Part shown: positions 32,147 through 46,924 of the stretch, piece after piece
Position numbering within the stretch: position 1 is the first letter of the stretch
Layout: the number at the start of each line of letters is the position of its first letter
NCBI GenBank assembly: GCA_964016885.1
Contig: CAXHJY010000858.1
Coordinates: 1 to 64,000 of the forward strand
Source of the DNA: Eledone cirrhosa
Lineage: Eukaryota
Direction: 5' to 3'
DNA length: 64,000 bases
Position numbers and translations under genes: made by a program
The notes under the pieces: model-generated
Told to the model about the DNA's origin: nothing
The model's input: the letters and a program-made list of their open reading frames with translations, nothing else
Database searches by the model: none

Positions 32147-32485
32147 TATACCCACATATATACATTGATTTATACGACAAATGAATGCATGGTGGTGGGG
32201 TGTATAGGTTACTGGACCACAGTTTACCAAATGACAATGGTACATAATAAATAGGATTCATTCTTGCTGAAATCAGTGTATCAATCTATTTAGGAATTAT
32301 TGATTTTGATATGCAACATGGTAAACACATGACACACATTATACATATATATATATATATATAATGAGAGAGAGGGAGAGAAACATGGAAAAAACGATAC
32401 ACAGACTGACAAATATATATATGTATGCATGTATAAATGTATGTGTGTATGTATGTATAAATGTATGTGTATATGTATGTATAAA

Positions 32486-32529
<44 letters not shown>

Positions 32530-32736
32530 GGCGAGAGAGAGAGTTGAATTAAACATAGATAGATAGGTAGGACTGTTCTTATAATGAAAGGACTTCATAT
32601 CAGCATGCACCTTCCTTCGACATGTAGGAGCAGACAGAAGCTCTTCTCAGTTTCATATTTACTATAAAAGGGATTTAATGACAGTGCAGGACTAATATTT
32701 CACGACATTCTAGGCGTTACTTTAATTGCTCTACCA

Positions 32737-32951
32737 AACACAAACACATCGTCCTCGCACCCACACAAACACATCGTCCTCGCACCCACACAACACATCG
32801 TCCTCGCACCCACACAAACACATCGTCCACGCACCCACACAAACAATCGTCCTCGCACCCACACAAACACATCGTCCTCGCACCCACACAACACATCGTC
32901 CTCGCACCCACACAAACACATCGTCCTCGCACCCACACAAACACATCGTCC
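32737..32951. repeat. 24-26-bp minisatellite AAACACATCGTCCTCGCACCCACAC
   Basis: About 8-9 tandem copies. Confidence 0.96.
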
Positions 32952-33408
32952 TCTCACCTACATTCATGAACATATAAATGCGTTGGAGTAAATAAACTGA
33001 ACTAAGGTGTCTCCATGGTTTACTTCATGAAAAATCTTGATTAATTTGCCAGAAACTGAAATGACACAGGTTTGTCTGTCCAGTCTCCCTGGTGGATGTG
33101 ATCCTGTAGATCAGAGGTTCTGAAACGTCGGTGCTCCCCCCCCCCTCCTCATGACCACGTGATACCCCCCTCCTCCTCATGACCACGTGATACCCTCACC
33201 GCCCACACCCCTACTTCCAGAGAGATCTGTCTACACGCAAATTGTAAATAATATATAATAAATAACATGAGATTATACACAATGAAAAGCATCACCGAAC
33301 ACGCACGCACGTATGTATATATATATCCTTACGTGTGTCCGGTGCTGCTATATATATACTCATATGTACATATAAATATATATATATGTGTGTGTGTGTA
33401 GTTGGGAG

Positions 33409-33515
33409 ATGAGTACTCAATACAAAGTAGAATTTAAATATTCATTTATTATGGCTATATAGTGTTTATTACTGAGGAGTTTCTCCTGTGTACACACAAG
33501 GTCATCACACTATTT
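33409..33515 (-). mobile_element. Penelope-like terminal remnant, homologous to 29260-29368
   Basis: Minus strand GTGATGA-CCTTGTGTGTACACAGGA-GAAAC plus the shared AT-rich tail. Confidence 0.45.
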
Positions 33516-33615
33516 ACCATGAAAAATGTATATATATACTGTTATATATATATATTAAATAGATATAGATATATATAATAAATAAATAGATATCTATGTA
33601 TTTATAATAGATATA

Positions 33616-33654
<39 letters not shown>

Positions 33655-34127
33655 GCAGGCAAAAATCAATCAATGAAACAATAATAACTGCAACATAAAT
33701 AAATAATTATTATAGAACAGAGAACAGATAAGTTCGATGTATTGATTGGATTTTATCAATAGGGGTATTTAATAGTTGTTGTGTAGATTGTCATTGTAGC
33801 TTGTCAAAGGAAATATATTTCTTGCTTAGTCAAATGAAGTCAATATAGAAAATTGTTCCGCTCTCTTTCCCCCACCATCACATTAATACAAACTCCCATA
33901 TGTGATAACAACAACAACAATATCTACACCACATATATGTACATACGTGTCTATAAATATATATTCAAATATCTATCTATATATATAAGTATATGTGTAT
34001 GTATATATATGTGTGTGTGTATCTGTGTGTCTGATTGAATGGATGTTTTTGAATGCACTAAAGGCAAATAGTTCCTCGCACTTGTACCTTGTTTGTAATA
34101 TGGTCACAGAGTTCTAAATAATTGTTG

Positions 34128-34254
<127 letters not shown>

Positions 34255-34386
34255 TCGGACGCAATTATCTTGCACCTATATATATATATAATCTCTACTG
34301 TCTCTTCCCTTCCTTCGTTTCTAAACCCCTCTATATCTACATATATAAAATATATACATTTGTAACATGTTCTGTGCCAGTATGTA

Positions 34387-34780
34387 TAATCTCGGGCCCT
34401 AAACATTATGGGGTGGGGCTGGAATAAACATGTGGGTTGGAAAATTGGTAATTTTTCTAGGTTGTCTGCATTGATTTTTTTTTTAAATCCAGAATTAGTC
34501 GTTTAGTTTACATATTGAGACCCCAACCCATCCTATTTATTTTATAACATATGGGATTTCTAGTAATGTTCTTTTTTGTCATATATAATGGGGTTCTTTT
34601 ATGTATAAAGAAATTTGTCACAGGAATCCTACCACTTAAAATAAAATTTCGCCAGAAATAGATTAGCAAAATTTAATAAATTGGGGGCGGCGGGAGTTGA
34701 AATAAGAGCAGGGGCTGGAAAAAATTTGAAAAGTTAATAAGCAGACATGGGGTGGGGCAATTATCGGAGACCCGAGAGTA
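34387..34780. mobile_element. Degraded TA-flanked MITE
   Basis: Left end TAATCTCGGGCCC versus reverse complement of right end TACTCTCGGGTCT. Subterminal AATAA-GGGG-TGGAAAA repeats occur near both ends. Confidence 0.55.
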
Positions 34781-35495
34781 ATAGTGAAGGTCTTGGTTTC
34801 TTCACCAATCGTTGTCTCGAGGCTGAATTTCCTTCGAGTTGCCTCGCCGAGAAAATCAATAAACAGCAGACAAAATACCGATGATATAATCTACTAAAAA
34901 CTCCATTCCATGTAGTAACATAGCCACACTCCAATGGCTGTAAATTTCAAAATAATATAAGAATACGCAGCACATCTAATATTGTTGTGCTGTTTATTTT
35001 TTCAATTTTATCATATTTTATCCTTTTTTTGTTGTTGTTTTGTTCACTTTATCTCCATGTCAGCCAGTAAAAGAAAAAAATGGACGCATCTTTCCTCTCC
35101 ACATCGCAATAAACATCCATTTTTTTGTTTTTATTCTCTTAATTATTTCTTCTTCCAAGAAAACTGTATTCGTTCTTAACGGTGACAAATGTTTCATTTG
35201 CATCGATAGGGATGAATTGAGAAACCATTCAAAGAAGAAAAAAAAGAACAGAAAGAAGGAATTGAGTCGTCTGTGATTTATGGTTTTAAATGAGCCTTGC
35301 TTACATGTTCAGCGGGCAGAAATATGCCATCATCATCATCATCAACATCAGCACAATCTTCAACATCACCTTCCTCATAATCCTCATTCACGATCATCAA
35401 TTACATCATCGTGGTCATCATCATCAACACTAGCACAACCGTCAACAACGTCACCTTCCTTCTTAGTTCAGGACCATCAACACCATCCTCATCTT

Positions 35496-35672
35496 CATAG
35501 AGTTACGGCTCTTTACATTCTGAGTTCAAATACCGCCGAGGTCAGCTTTGCCTTTCATCCTTATGGAGTCGATAAAATAAAGTACCAGTAACGCACTGGG
35601 GTCAATTTAATCAACCTCCTCCTTCCCCGAAATTACTGACCTTGTGCCTATACTAGAAATCATTATTATTAT
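35496..35672 (+). mobile_element. SINE family A, long-tail variant, 5' truncated
   Basis: GAGTTCAAATACCGCCGAGG, GCCTTTCATCCTTATGGAGTCGATAAAATAAAGTACCAG and (ATT)n tail. Confidence 0.9.
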
Positions 35673-38157
35673 TCATGATAACACCATGATCACCATTTTC
35701 GCCAGTGCCATCAATCCCACCATCCTCTACCATAAAATTCCTCAGAATTCCACACGATCACTGCCTTCCTCTTCACTATCATCATCACTACCTTTATCAT
35801 CATCATCATCCTAAACACCTCTACTACAACTATTGTCTTCCTCACTACAGCCATGACCTCCATGAAGCAGTTGCTGATTGAAGATGTAATATTATTTGCA
35901 TAAAATAACCTGCAATAAATAAAGTAAAATAATTTAAAATAACATAAAATAAAATAAAATAAATTTAAAAAATTAAAAATAAAATAAATTTAAATAAATT
36001 TAAATAAGCTAAAATAAAATAAAAAAATAAAATAAATTTAAATAAATTTAAATAAGCTAAAATAAACTAAACATGTTCAAGAATTCTCAAGGAAGTATCT
36101 AAGCCTCAGCGAGCAATTGATGGAATTGCGTTTGTGAAGCTGAAGACAGGCATTTGTATGAAGAGTTTCATTGGAATCTGTTAGACAGTGTTTGGGCTAC
36201 CGTTTCATAATATCAAAAACAGCAAACCAAACTCGACAAGAATTAATCAACAAATCATGATGTCATGACCACTAAATAAGACAACAATTTGTAATTTCCA
36301 ATACATAGTCAAACGTTCGATTTTTATTCTTCATACATTTCAATTTTATTTTTATATATTTTGTCTAATTTTTGTCACAGAAAAAATACAAATACAAAAC
36401 AAGTTATAATTATTTTGTCTCAACCCTTTAGACATAAATATTGTTGATCTAACATTGTAAAATTGCAATTACCATCCAGTGTGCCTTAAATTTGATGACA
36501 GTTTAATCCCCAACTAAGAAGCCACGCCATAAATAAAGAATTAAAGGACAAGATATTATTCCAAATGTAATTATTGTTTTTTAATTATTTTCCTTTGATT
36601 TTTTTTTTCAAAATAACTTTGCATTATTCATAAAGATTAATCCGGAACGACTTTCAAATTTATAATATTCAAACACACATACACACATATTCACACATAT
36701 TCACACTCACACATACATTTACACTCACTCACATACTCACATTTTCACACATACACTCATACATACATAGTAACACTCTCCCTCAAATATTTATGACTTT
36801 ATTAATTTATGTTACTAGTTTTAACCGTTCCACTACGGTTCTGCTGTTGCAAGATCTTCAAGAGTTCAAATATCAGTCAAATATCAGTTGATCGTATGGT
36901 CGGCAGTAGTTGTCTTAATCTCATGTACTTTATCGATACATACATGTCGAATCAATCACTAAGTTTCTAAATAAGCAACACAGATTTTACGCCAGTTTAC
37001 AAAACACAAATATATATATATATATTTGTAGCAATTTCTATTTTGTGTGAATAGTCAAAAGTTAAATCGTCCTGCCTTATGTCCATTTGTTACTGTCCTA
37101 TGTGCACAGGAGCTAGTTATATCGACCTTAAAAAACCAAAATCACAAGGATATCCAGAGGTCGACTGAGAAAGGACGGCTCTGTGATTCGCCCGACTTTT
37201 TTTTTTATTATATATGTGTGTGCGTGTGTGTGCCTATATTTATGCATTACATTTGCAACTGAAACAGAATGTCATTTTGTAGTCTGAACATGTATGGTTT
37301 AGAGAAAGGGTTGGTTGAAATTTGACCTAATTAAAAATTGTCATACTGTTTCAGCAGAGATGATTCATACAGTTAAACATTAGAAGATAATACATTTTGA
37401 ATGAATCAAATCCATATAATAGAATATTTATTGAAATCTAATACGTGACACCATGTTGGACAAAAAAAATATATAAGAGAATACTGAAGACAGAAATTTT
37501 TTTATTTCTTATCGTAAAATTGAGAAATTTAATATATATTTTAGTGTTGAAATATTAATTTTGATTTTAATTCCAGTGTGAAAGAAAATGCTAATTTTAG
37601 AAGAGAAAGGGACAAAATGAATTAAAAAAATAAACGCGATGCATAAAATTCCTGACAGATGAGGTGTAATAATTTAAATGAAATCTGAAATGTTTTAAAA
37701 GAATTATTATTACTTCACAAAAAATTTGAAAAGCTTCCATTCATTTCGGGAGTTGATTCCAAATAGACTGATGTGAAATATCGTTCATTTAAAGATATTA
37801 GGGAATATGACAAAGATTAGATAATTTCACGGATAGAAAACATATGTGTGCTGGATTCAAATCAATTATTTCTTACTTGGTCGACTTTATTTCATCTCAT
37901 TTTTTTTAGAACATGGTATTACCTTTTGTTCGTTCTTGTCCATTTCAAAGCACAGAATGTGGTCTCGATTGCTTATAGAACAGAAATTGAGATGCCCTGT
38001 ATATATATATATGTATATATATATATACATACGTACGTTTCAGATACTGGTCTTTCATACAGGATAGAAGAACTAAAAGATGAAATATAAAGATAGAGAG
38101 TGAGAGGAGGAAAAGATGGAAAAGATTTTTTCCATAAAAGCACGTCTGTATTCTCTC

Positions 38158-38201
<44 letters not shown>

Positions 38202-38624
38202 GATATATTGGTGTAATGTCAAAGAATCACTGATGTGGCGACGGAATTATCACTACCAATCTGTACAATAATTATTTTTACATTAGATACGCCCTGATAT
38301 AAGATAAGCTTACATAATAAACTCCATTATTTAACAATATCCGATAGTGTGTCCTTTGTTTGGTATAAAACAATACTGTAATTGTTAAAATCACTGAAAT
38401 TGCGCATATTATTGAATAATATTCCACAGCAGAGGTCAACAAAGATATTGGGAGCTAAATTGGAAATGTTTTTATATAAAACACAAAACGACGATAATAC
38501 AAGACTATAAGTAATAACTTGTTTTTTTTCTTTTTAATTAATTAAAAATTATTTAATATTTATTTTAAGAGTTTAACGTAGAATAAAACAAACGCTTTTG
38601 TCACCGAGAATATTGGAATGGTAG

Positions 38625-38907
38625 AGTCCCGTATCACTCGATCGAATGGTAAGGGCGTCGTGAGGGTATACAGCGTTTCTGGGACATTTTAAACATGGTG
38701 GAGCCCATCCTTCTCAAAGTCTGAGTACAACAGATTTCTTTCAGAGGAGAATAGAAATTGAGAAAGAGATAGAGAGAAAGAATCGGCCCCTGTACTAGAC
38801 TTTATCTACTCCGGCAGGATGACAAAGTAGACTTTGATGGGATTTGAACTCAGAGAGCAGAGAGACGGAAAGAATACCGCAAACCATTCTATCCGACCTC
38901 CCCCGCC
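38625..38907 (-). mobile_element. SINE family A' (degraded)
   Basis: GAGTTCAAATCCC on the minus strand, and a tail homologous to the copies at 10455 and 27543. Confidence 0.7.
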
Positions 38908-39828
38908 TATCTGAAATATTAAGAAGAATCAAAATAGAATGTTTCCACATACTTTAACATATTTTGAAAACGTTCATAATTAAAATATTTGTTTCGATAA
39001 GCCAGAGCAGGTTCTTTATTTAAAAGAGATTAAGGCATATGAACTAAATAGGAAAAGGAAAATATCCCAATACTAAAGCTATAGGCATGTTTAATCTCAG
39101 CATCTAAAGTTACATGGAAAACATAGTTTCAGTTGGATATCCGTTTGTTTATATTACTGATGTCAGGAACGTAGGAATATGTATTTGGTAATGGCAGGAG
39201 AGCCAAGAGGAAAGATTTGCCAGGAAAAATGTCTAGATATTTTAATATTTCCACTAGGTTATATAACAATTTGGTAACTTAGCAGCCCGATGATAAAACC
39301 TTTTCAGCTGCCAAATTAACGCAGCCGTTTGCGTTTAATATTGAAAATAGTCGCAGCACGTAATGTTAAATACATTTACAGCTTTGTATATGCATATTGT
39401 GTGTGTGTGTGTGTAAAATTGAAAGATATGGTGTAGATCTAACATTTAATTTATTCTACAATTCCAAAATTAGAAGTCAACGTCTTACTTTGAACTATAA
39501 GATATATTTCCTGTGACATCTCCGACTCATATTCTACCTTATAACAAAAAGAGAAAAATGCTTTAGAAATTCAATCCTTGATATACAATACGTGACAAAT
39601 AAAGACGACTGGTTATGGATTGGTTAACATATGTGGGAAATTCCAGACTATGGAGCACCTCCTAGTTTGTCCCAGTCTTGAAGATTCATGCACGTTTAAC
39701 GATTTTGAAACCTTAACACCCTATGCAAGGCTCTGTGCGCAACGATGGATGGTTGTTGTGTAGCGACTCTATAAGAAGTCGACGACTCATAGGTTCGCTC
39801 GTTCGGAGATGAACTAAGGCTAAATAAT

Positions 39829-39928
39829 TGTTTCTACTTTTGGCACAAGGCCAGCAATTACACAGTACATTACTGGTACTTTATTTTATCGACCATGTAA
39901 GGATGAAAGGCAAAGTTAACCTCGGCGG
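39829..39928 (-). mobile_element. 5'-truncated SINE family A with 18-bp TSD
   Basis: GAACTAAGGCTAAATAAT at 39811-39828 and 39929-39946. Confidence 0.93.
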
Positions 39929-39959
39929 GAACTAAGGCTAAATAATAATTGCAAATAAG

Positions 39960-40210
39960 AGGAAACTCGCAGTGGGGTGAGCGGACAGCAGCAGGATCTT
40001 CCGAGAAAGAACTCTCTCATCAAGCAAGTATTTCGTCCCTTGATTCCTTCTAACGAGCGGGGCCCACCAAAGTATTGACTCCTAGGTGTTCTCCTCTTCT
40101 TTTTTCTTCCCCAGTGGGTGATCTTGTTTCTCCATTCTTGTCGTCTACACCACTCTACTACAAAGACCATCAGTAGAACTAACATTTCACATCTATTTAA
40201 ACAGCAATCA
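39960..40210 (-). mobile_element. Possible degraded RTE-type LINE fragment
   Basis: RRQEWRNKITHWGRKKKRRTPRS resembles the RW.K.IT.W..KR..GRP motif downstream of RTE reverse transcriptases. Similarity is weak. Confidence 0.3.
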
Positions 40211-40948
40211 ATAGTCATGACTTGATGTATTCTTCTATAGTTTTTAGATAGATAAATTGTCTATATTTAGTTATTGTTTTGTTTTTTGTCTAGTCCTTCC
40301 AGCTGGCACCTAATTGAAGTTTAAGACATTAGTTAACTGTTGGGGATGTATGTAATCGCTTTATGCGAGAGGAGTAAATGTGTATATAAATTAATGATTT
40401 CGTCATAAATAAACTGAAAATCTGTCATCGGCTCTTCTTGTTGTGAACTTGATTTTGTGGCATTTTGACAATTCACAGGAAATCATTTCTTTATCTTTTG
40501 AAAGTCAGTGACAGAACTTTCAATCAGGACATATATTAAAGCCGATTCCTCGGTTAATCTACCCAAAACTATAATCTTTCAAACATACAATTTTTTTCTC
40601 CTTTGTTTTCTTCTCATATTTATCGAAAAAGAAGCTTATTTAAGAACAAAGAATAAATTATTTTAGTGATATGCTAGACACGTATCTAACTTTTGCCGGC
40701 CGAACGCGCTACCGGTTACATAAAATTTATAATTCATATAATTTATGATTTATATAATTTAGGCATATATATATATATATTAAGAAAGAAAGAGATAGAC
40801 AGATAGATAGGTACATATATTTATATGTATACATGCCCACATATTAAAACATGTGTATACTTATATACGCATTCCTGCAGTCTCGGTTACCCACTATGTA
40901 TATATACAGACATAACATAAATATGTATGTATGCATGTAAATATGTAA

Positions 40949-41004
<56 letters not shown>

Positions 41005-41107
41005 GATTATATATGCATATATTCACACACACAAATGATGTTATATATATATATATATATACATATTGATTATATATCCATATATTCACACACACACAAA
41101 TTATATT

Positions 41108-41150
<43 letters not shown>

Positions 41151-42099
41151 AATATATCCATATATAATCAAGCCTTTATCTGCATGTATATATATTAACA
41201 GCTAAACAATTGACTATATATCCGCACGTAAATCGTGTTGACACTTTCTTAAAGTTCAGTTCACTTGATTAAACAAGTTAGTATATTAAATAGAAATCTA
41301 TACATTCAAGTTATAGGCCGTATTTCGTGAAGGATTTTATTTTTTTTAAATATGATATATTCTACTAGGAATATGAAATAGTAACCGAGGCACGATGATA
41401 CAACTTACGTTTAGAAGGAGGAGGGGAGTGGTCGATTAAACCGATCTCGGAACTAAAGATAATTTTATCAGCCCAAAATTTGAAGATAAAACGAACTGGA
41501 TGTCTAAGAAATTTTAAGGATGAAACAATCTAATGGAATGTATTTTGTTGGACGTGGAGGCAAGTCAAGCAATTGCTGCCCTTCAATAGTAGAAAAATAA
41601 GACGCATTTCTTTTAAATATAAGTTTGGAAGAAGATGCAACGGAGAGGAGTTCCAGCTAGATCTTGTCAACAAAATCTCCATAGGGTTTAAATACACAAG
41701 TCTTTGATATCCAAATGGCTAAATGTCAACAGAAGGGCAGACGAGAATCATGATCTGGATGCAGCCTGGCCTCTTTCGAAAGTTAAGAGCCGAAACACTT
41801 GCATGGGAGAGGCTGCTGCACTGAAAACCTACTGCTGTTCAGCTCACCTTACCTGAGAGTTTCTTACCACTATTAACTTATTTTCATATGTATCCTTCTA
41901 TTGTGCGTTGATCCTCATTCTGACTTTGACTCTATATATTCAGGGTTCATGTAATAAGAATTGATCACTTAATCTTCAGGTATTTCTTCATTGCTAACCT
42001 CAGATCAGTACTAAACATGTGAATCTCCGATCAGTTAAATTTACAGCAATAGCCACAGTGACTTTCTTCCAGATATTGTGTATTATATTATACTGTGGC

Positions 42100-42268
42100 A
42101 TATAGTTACGTCCTTTTACATTCTTAGTTCAAATTTCGCCGAAGTTAGCTTTGTGTTTCATCCTTACGAGGTCGATAAAATAAAGTACTAGTAATGTACT
42201 GGGGTCGATTTAATTAACTTTCCCCTCCCCTAATTTTGTTGGCTTTGTACCTAAATCAGAAATCATTA
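42100..42268 (+). mobile_element. SINE family A, long-tail variant
   Basis: AGTTCAAATTTCGCC, TTTCATCCTTACGAGGTCGATAAAATAAAGTAC, GGGGTCGATTTAA. Confidence 0.88.
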
Positions 42269-42767
42269 CATTATACTTCCCTAATTATATATCGCTCCAC
42301 ATTGACGCCCATATTTTCTATATATTGTTCTCCTTTATTCTAAAATTGAATCCTTTTATACCGATATTCCCAATTTTAACATTTCTCTCCCAGTTATTAT
42401 TTAAAATTCATTTTTTTTATTTTCCTGTTCTATATTATTGAACATTTATTCGCTCATTCTCATAACCTTTCCTTCTTTTATCATCTCCAACTTGCAATCT
42501 TCAATTCTGTGATTCTTCACTACATTCTGTCATTCTTTATAAGAACCTTTCATTATTTCACTTACTATCCCTTCACTTACTATCCCTTCACTTACTATCC
42601 CTTCATTCCCTATTTAAACCTTGTAATTAATTTGCTCCAGAATTTAAATGGCATTCATTTTCATATTCTATTGTCCGAATATATTTTGTTTTTGTCACTA
42701 TTTCCATGTAATTCGTTGATGGAAGATGACCAACAAGGTTGTGAGAAGTTTGTTTTTACAGTATATA

Positions 42768-43245
42768 TCTCTCTCTCTCTGTCTGTCTCTCTCTGTCTCT
42801 CTCTGTCTGTCTCTCTCTGTCTCGCTCTCTCTCTGTCTCTCTCTCTCTCTGTATCTCTCTGTCTGTCTCTCTGTCTGTCTCTCTGTCTCTCTCTCTGTCT
42901 CTCTGTCTCTCTCTCTGTCTCTCTCTCTGTCTCTCTGTCTCTCTCTCTGTCTCTCTCTCTCTCTCACTCTCTCTGTCTCTCTCTCTCTCACTCTCTCTGT
43001 CTCTCTCTCTCTCACTCTCTCTGTCTCTCTCTCTCTCACTCTCTCTGTCTCTCTCTCTCTCTCACTCTCTCTCTCTCACACTCTCTGTCTCTCTCTCTCA
43101 CACACTCTCTGTCTCTCTCTCTCACACTCTCTCTCTCTCTCACACTCTCTGTCTCTCTCTGTCTCTGTCTCTCTCTATCTGTCTCTCTCTCTATCTCTCC
43201 CTCTGTCTCTCTCTCTCTCTTTCTGTATGTCTCTCTCTTTCTCTC

Positions 43246-43286
<41 letters not shown>

Positions 43287-43292
43287 GTCTCT
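42768..43292. repeat. (CT)n/(CTGT)n compound low-complexity tract
   Basis: CT runs with GT and CA interruptions. Confidence 0.96.
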
Positions 43293-43681
43293 CATATAAA
43301 TATATATACGCATAAATATGTATATACATGTAGAGAAAGAAAGAGGAACAATCAAATAGATAGATAGATATACATAGTAGCGCCCAGCATAGAATTAAAT
43401 ATCGCTAACATGAAGCCTATATTTAATTAAATATATATATTATATATATACAGTCACGCTTACTTATACACGTAAACAATACATTTATACATATATACAT
43501 GTGTGTGTGTCCTACCCAATGATATACATACACACTTACAAGCACAGTGGCATGCACGTTCCTACCTTTTATGTATGTGTATACATTTTACGAAGATGTA
43601 TGTATGTATATGTGCATGAATTATATATATATATATATATATAATATTCAAAATATTAACAAATGAAAAATATTCTCATAA

Positions 43682-43859
43682 TCAAAATATATACTTTATT
43701 ATATACCTTTCAAAGGTACTGTGTTTTTTTTTTTTTTCAGTACGTCCTCATCAGACAAAATATATGATTTTGATGTATGACATACCGCTACGGTCTTGAT
43801 TATTCAATTCCAGTACTGTCAGTACCTTTGAAATATATATAATAAAGTATATATTTTGA
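43682..43859. repeat. 40-bp inverted repeat enclosing a CTGATGAG..GAAA motif
   Basis: Arms 43682-43721 and 43820-43859 match at 38/40. Minus strand CTGATGAGGACGTACTGAAA lies at about 43735-43754. Confidence 0.8.
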
Positions 43860-43959
43860 ATAATATTAAAAACTCCAGGAAAACTTTTTTCTGTTGAGTG
43901 CTTCTAATCTATTGTATTCATTGAGTAATCAACGAAGCATACTAATCGTTGGTCATATA

Positions 43960-43993
<34 letters not shown>

Positions 43994-44312
43994 CAGAGAG
44001 AGATGTGTATGTATGTATGTATGTATGTGTATGTATATATATGTATGTATATGTGATCATATGTATGTATGTATATATATGTATGAATGAATGCCCATTG
44101 AATATGAAAAATAGGTTAAGTACGTAAAGTGAAGGAGAAGTCAATATCTGGCATCAAATTATATTGTAGTTGAAATTTAATAAGTTAAATTTTATCATTA
44201 GACGGAATAACAAGAGGCCTGATTACAGGTCAACATGACATGGAGATGACAGGTGGAGATGTAGGTGGGTAGAGTGATTAACACTCGTGTACTTCTATAG
44301 CCAAGTGCTTCG

Positions 44313-44358
<46 letters not shown>

Positions 44359-44454
44359 CGTGCGTGTGGTGTGTGTTAGAAGGAAGGTGGAATGAATATA
44401 TCTGAGTGGCTGCGCTCGTTTATGGATTCGGTTTCTCTATGTTCATATGCTTGC

Positions 44455-44502
<48 letters not shown>

Positions 44503-44654
44503 CCGTGTATGTGTGTGTTTATATGCATATATATATATATTATCCTATTGACACATTAAAACATTTACACCTTTAAAATATACGAATATGATAATGCTTT
44601 CCTCTCTAGAAATCTATTGAAACTGTCATAAAAATGGATAAATTATCTTTGCTA

Positions 44655-44681
44655 ATATGTGTATGATTTAGAAAGTTCTGA

Positions 44682-44721
<40 letters not shown>

Positions 44722-45095
44722 TATATACTTTATGTATATATTATATATATATATAGTAATAATAATTGTTTCTACTTTTGGCACAAGGACAGCAATTACC
44801 CAGTGTATTACTGGTACTTTATTACACTGGGTAATTGCTGGCCTTGTGCCAAAAGTAGAAACAATTATTATTACTATATATATATATATATAATATATAC
44901 ATATACATATACATAAAATATATACATATATAATATATATATAATATATACATATACATAAAGTATATACTTATATAATATATACATATACATAAAATAT
45001 ATATAATATATATATAATATATACATATACATAAAGTATATACTTATATAATATATATATAATTTTCTCAGAACTTTCTAATTCATACAAATATA
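44655..45095. repeat. Fold-back inverted duplication centred on a SINE A 3' end
   Basis: SINE tail 44755-44807 is mirrored at 44823-44875. Outer unique segment GTATGATTTAGAAAGTTCTGAGAAAATT (44661-44688) is mirrored at 45061-45088. Confidence 0.92.
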
Positions 45096-45484
45096 GTAAT
45101 AATAATAATATATAGTAATAATAATATATATATTATATATATAATGAATACATATAGATGGTATGAAACTATCCTGAATAATATTAATGACTGTGTAAAC
45201 AAATGTTAAACGGATCTAACAGGTGTATAACTGAACATCCCAGGAAGGGTGTTTTTGCATTATTCAAAAAATTCGACCTAAACATTACAGTTGAAGATGA
45301 CCCTATGAAGGTCAGCTGAATGTTAAAAGAAATTCGGCCTAAACATTATTTTTGTAAAGGTCAGCTGAAAAAACCATAGGCTAAAAATTTCAGAAACCAA
45401 GATATCAAAACGCAGTTTATGCAGTTATTAATAAGAAAGGTTGAAATAATACATACTAGATTTCACAGCTCTAACATCACTACT

Positions 45485-45603
<119 letters not shown>

Positions 45604-45636
45604 ATGTATACACATGCACACATTATATATATATAT

Positions 45637-45815
45637 AATTGTTTCTACTTTTTTGGCACAAGGCCAGCAAATACCCAGTACATTACTAGTACTTTATTTT
45701 ATCGACCCCGTAAGGATGAAAGGCAAAATGAACCTCGGCGGGATTTGAACTCAGACCGTAAAGGGACGTAACTGTGCTGGAAAGCATGGCGTCTGATACT
45801 GCCAATCCACCGCCC
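45637..45815 (-). mobile_element. SINE family A, short-tail variant
   Basis: Head GGGCGGTGGATTGGCAGTATC through tail, with a small internal deletion. Confidence 0.92.
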
Positions 45816-46293
45816 TATATATATATGTGTGCATGTGTTATCCAAGCTATTGCAATAGTGATCGTATAACCCCGGCCGGAATACTACTCACTATGACATA
45901 AGATTTGTATGTATGTTGATAGAGAATGTTGAGAGGAATGAGGATAAGCAATTAGAGGACTGACAGAAATAAAGGAACTGCGGAAAGAGATACGAAAAAA
46001 TGTAAAAAAATTATGATAGACACAGAGGTAGATAAAGAGATGGATAGATAGATAGATAAATGTGTGGATGGATAGATGGGAAAAGGTAGTGAAAAAGAAA
46101 CAAATGTGGGAAGAAAGAAAGATGGAAAAGTACAGAGGAAAAATAGTTCAAAATTAGCAACTGAGGAAATAAACGTTGATTTAAATTGATAGTTTCAAAT
46201 GTAAAGTCTCTCTATCTATCTATCTCTCTCTCTCCCTCTCTCTCTCTCTTTCTCTTTCTCTCTCTCTCTTTCTCTTTCTCTCTCTCTCTCTCT

Positions 46294-46327
<34 letters not shown>

Positions 46328-46761
46328 TATATATATATATATCATAGTTTCACATGTAAAGAGTGTGTGTGTGTGAGTATGTATGTCTGTATGTGTGTGT
46401 GTGTTTCAACGGTGGAAGTTATTTAGGCAGGATGAAAAAAACTGTTGGACCTTAAAGCATTATAAATGAGGGCCAGTAAGGAAATCCATGGAATAATCAC
46501 TGTGTTCAATGTAGCTAGGTATTATCCGGAGGTGATTTGATTGGAGATAAACTGGCAATTATAAAGGGAAAAACATGATATTTATATTTAGCAGAGATAG
46601 AATGGCAGGAAATGTTAGTGAGGTTAAGATCTGGTTCACTACGTCGAAATATACGAGGAAATATTGAGAAGACATGTTAAAGGAAGTTAACATTTATATA
46701 TTCTTTTTACTTCAGCAGTGAAAAAGATTGGAGCAGCAGAGAAGGTATAAATGGATTATTC

Positions 46762-46885
46762 GCGTCGGACATCATGCTTCGCTGCATAGTGTGGCGGCCA
46801 TTTACTCTCTGAGTTCAAATCCCGCCAAGGTAAGCTTTGCATTTCATCTTTCCAGCGTCGTCGATAAAATTTGATTCGGGGGTCG
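46762..46885 (+). mobile_element. SINE family A fragment
   Basis: GAGTTCAAATCCCGCCAAGG..TTTCATC..GTCGATAAAAT. Confidence 0.8.
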
Positions 46886-46924
46886 CCTGCCAGTTCAGTG
46901 TTATGGCAACGGTAGACCGTTCCT

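Noticed and set aside
33112-33130. hAT-like terminus CAGAGGTTCTGAAAC
   Set aside because: No matching opposite end or 8-bp TSD was found.
41590-41860. Possible CR1/Jockey-like C-terminus (WNSSP on the minus strand)
   Set aside because: A single short motif; it needs TBLASTN or HMM confirmation.
42509-43367. Membrane-like or Ser/Leu-rich ORFs, also at 50146-50622 and 52604-53128
   Set aside because: They are encoded by CT, AAC and AGT repeats.
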